Shown one piece after another: positions 61,392 to 64,000 of a stretch of 64,000 bases of DNA (positions are counted from its first letter, which is position 1; each line of letters begins with the position of its first letter). Location of the stretch: the NCBI GenBank assembly GCA_963837175.1, contig CAWIMJ010000021.1, positions 11,901 to 75,900 of the forward strand. Direction: 5' to 3'. Both the position numbers and the translations under genes were made by a program. The notes below the pieces were generated by a model that did no database searches, had not been told where the DNA came from, and saw only the letters and a list, made by a program, of their open reading frames with translations. This DNA is from an uncultured Nitrososphaeraceae archaeon. Its GTDB lineage: Archaea; Thermoproteota; Nitrososphaeria; Nitrososphaerales; Nitrososphaeraceae.

Positions 61392-61811
61392 ATGAAAGTA
61401 GATCTCCATTCTGATTCTGAATTGAGAAAAATTTATGACTTAAAAAATATTGCAGTAGTAGGAATGTCAAAAAACGAAGAAAAGGCAGCGCATTACGTTC
61501 CTAAATACCTTATTGAACACGGCTACAATATTATCCCAGTGAATCCTACTATGTCACAGATTCTAGGACGAAAATCATATCAATCCATTGCTGACGTGCA
61601 AGAAAATATTGACATCGTTGATGTATTCAGAAAATCAGAAGATGTACCAGCTGTAGTAATGGATACTATCAAGAAAAAAGGAATCAAAGTGATTTGGATG
61701 CAAGAAGGCATATATAATGAAGAAGCAGAAAGAAAAGCGAAAGAAAGTGGGATTGATGTTATTTATAATAGATGCATGATGGCAGAACACAAGAGGCTAT
61801 TCAGCAAATAA
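61392..61811 (+). CDS. CoA-binding protein (YccU-like)
   Basis: IAVVGMS, IPVNP, DIVDVFR, WMQEGI, RCMMAEH. Confidence 0.93.
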   Translation: MKVDLHSDSELRKIYDLKNIAVVGMSKNEEKAAHYVPKYLIEHGYNIIPVNPTMSQILGRKSYQSIADVQENIDIVDVFRKSEDVPAVVMDTIKKKGIKVIWMQEGIYNEEAERKAKESGIDVIYNRCMMAEHKRLFSK

Positions 61812-62018
61812 GATTATTCTAGTTGAACTAGCAGACATACAAACTTTGATTCAAAAATTTCTGATTCTTACTAGGTACAATTAGTGGGGAACATTCTCTA
61901 TTGAGTTCTCTGTCTTCTTCTTGAGCTGTTGCTCTAGTTGATATTTTCAACCTAACATTATATAGACCATCTTCAAATCATGTATATTGAAACTTTATAT
62001 TTTTTAAACTGGGGATAA

Positions 62019-62474
62019 TTATTTTAATTGATTAACAACTGATGAATCATGTAAAGCTTTGCTAAGCTCACGATATTTTTTATTTATAAAAGCTAATGAT
62101 TCTGATAGTTTCTTAGCTTTACCATATTTGAAACGAATCAATTCTCTGTGTCGCCAGAAATGTTTATCTTCTGAAACGGTAATTGTTGTAAAATAGTCAG
62201 GGCCTTTCAAATAGTCTGGTAATTTTATGTTATGAGGTAATAGATATTCAATGCTGAACCATTCGTCGCCGTCAGGATAATCATTTCCTGTTACAATGTC
62301 AAAATAAAGATGTAAAACATCTTCTACTGTTAAACCATCGTAACGCACTAACGGATGTTTAATAAAAGATCTGTGATAATCCATATTTAATAATTCTGGC
62401 TCAAAGTAAGTCTTAATTATGGCCTTTCTAAAAATCTCATTTGATTCCTTAAGGTTCAAAGATACTATAACCAA
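62019..62474 (-). CDS. Hypothetical protein
   Basis: 151-aa ORF with natural composition. Confidence 0.75.
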   Translation of the reverse strand: MVIVSLNLKESNEIFRKAIIKTYFEPELLNMDYHRSFIKHPLVRYDGLTVEDVLHLYFDIVTGNDYPDGDEWFSIEYLLPHNIKLPDYLKGPDYFTTITVSEDKHFWRHRELIRFKYGKAKKLSESLAFINKKYRELSKALHDSSVVNQLK

Positions 62475-62618
62475 GTATACCTATTTTATAACCTTTTAAC
62501 AAAAAGTCTGTAAAATTTATAAATGATCTATAATCTTATGCCTTAGGAGTTTGAATTTTTACTTTAGTATCGATCTGCTATAATTAATATAATGCTACTA
62601 AACCTTTACTGCATTAGA

Positions 62619-62702
62619 GCGGGGGTCGCCTAGCCTGGTAGGGCGTGGGATTGCTAATCCCATGTTCGAAAGAACTCGTGGGCTCGAATCCCACTCCCCG
62701 CG
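62619..62702 (+). tRNA. tRNA-Ser (GCT)
   Basis: Acceptor GCGGGGG/TCCCCGC; anticodon arm TGGGA-TTGCTAA-TCCCA; long variable arm GTTC-GAAA-GAAC; T-arm GTGGG/CCCAC; discriminator G. Confidence 0.95.
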
Positions 62703-63008
62703 CTTTACTTGAGATTTCTAAGCAAACCTTTTAAGCTTCATAGAATTCTCTTTTTCATAGTGACACTGGAACGGATATCAGCAGAGAGTATCTCTGGATT
62801 AGAAAAAAGAATACCTGTAGCAACCAAACAGTAATGAACTTTCGATCGGATTAGTTTCAAAATCCTATCAAATCAAATTTGGGCATCAACATGATCGTCA
62901 TATAAAATGCTAGCAGATATAACAACAACAAATTTTCCTATATAAAATTAATTTAATACTTCATAATATCTATCAATATATTCAAATGCCTTTATTTTAT
63001 GATTCGGA

Positions 63009-63655
63009 TCAATCATTATAGTTTTTAGTTTGAATATAATTTTTATATTCAATTTTATTTTTAGTATTTTCAGAAATAATAATTTGATTATCTTCTGTCC
63101 TTGCTTCTAACCTACTTGCCAGATTAACAGTCGGGCCAAATGCTGTAAATTGATCTCTTTCAATGGTTGAAAATTTTCCAATCAATGTTTTACCTGTGTT
63201 TATTCCAAATTTTAGGTCTATAGTCGTCACTTCATGCCGAAATTACTTTTTCCATATTTCAATCCATTCTATCTGATTTCTTCAAAAGATTTTTGTAATT
63301 CAAAGGCAGCGTTTATGGACTTGAATGCTCCTTCTATCCCATCATCGGAATCTTTATAACCAAAATAGGCCATTATACCAGCTCCAATAAATTTGTCTAA
63401 AATCCTGTTATGCTTATTAATAATTTTATTTGCCATCGTAAAATACTCTTGTAAAAACTCAACTATCAAATGTGGTTCATTTTTCAAAACATTACACATA
63501 TTAGAAAAACCGCTAATATCCCAAAAAACAATAGTAAGAACTCTATTATGAATTCTCTCTGATATACATTGTCTTAATGTAGATATGAATGTGGCTAATA
63601 GGACCCTCACATACCAATTATTACGAATATTTATGGTAATAAACTCACGATACAA
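63009..63655 (-). pseudogene. Class III adenylate/guanylate cyclase, degraded
   Basis: IVFWDISGFS, DKFIGAG (second metal Asp replaced), GINTG, FGPTVNLASRLE; frameshift plus in-frame stop near 63250-63270. Confidence 0.8.
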
Positions 63656-63689
63656 GATTTATTATTCACAAACAATACGTCAATAGCTC

Positions 63690-64000
63690 ATTGGAAAAAG
63701 AGGCGACACTGCGCTAGCTCTTCTTACTCTTGCAGATATAATTGTCCTTGTTGTTATGTATCCTCTCTTACCAAGGCCATCGAAACACTTGTTGTTTATA
63801 TTTTTGATGCCTTCGTTGTTGCAATCATGGCGCTTGGTTTCTACACAAGGATGAGCAAATCACAACAAGTGCGGAGAAGAATATTTATCTTATATAACCA
63901 GTATGAAATCCTTGCAATGATACCTATTGCAGTTTTTGCTGCAGCCCGAAGCTTCACTACTCATGATGACATCATTGTAGTAGGAATAATGTTCCGAGCG
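63690..64000 (+). pseudogene. Ion-transport (K+ channel-like) protein N-terminus, frameshifted, partial
   Basis: ALALLTLADIIVLVVMY / VVYIFDAFVVAIMALGFYTRM...YEILAMIPIAVF resembles S1-S3 helices; runs off the window. Confidence 0.5.

Noticed and set aside
62760-62930. Possible integrase relic after tRNA-Ser
   Set aside because: Only a six-residue resemblance (ISAESI); insufficient

Overview
AT-rich (roughly 30% GC by eye) chromosomal segment from an ammonia-oxidising archaeon, most likely a soil Nitrososphaeraceae member. The evidence is TiaS, archaeal Hsp20-CDC48, an Sm-like protein, BHB-intron tRNA, PsbP-like and CHRD secreted proteins, and Nitrososphaera-type HTH/coiled-coil families. Core genes (purB, queD-queC, cdc48-hsp20, tiaS, tRNA-iMet, tRNA-Ser) are scattered among low-density accessory DNA. 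That DNA holds many gene remnants, two IS copies with intact ends and target-site duplications (IS5, IS6), a decayed IS5-like transposase and integrase relics next to tRNA-3'-end fragments. Many single-base frameshifts suggest an imperfectly polished long-read assembly as well as true decay. Most notable, and missed by the ORF track: (1) an initiator tRNA-Met split by two non-canonical BHB introns; (2) ~40-aa stand-alone C2H2 zinc-finger microproteins; (3) a ~118-bp near-identical non-coding element present twice, 31 kb apart; (4) candidate operator arrays (Lrp-GAF locus, hsp20 locus, a phased TGAC array); (5) a nuclease-fold domain fused to QueD. Family assignments come from recognising motifs by eye, not from database searches. 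I found no single large novel multi-gene system that I can support.
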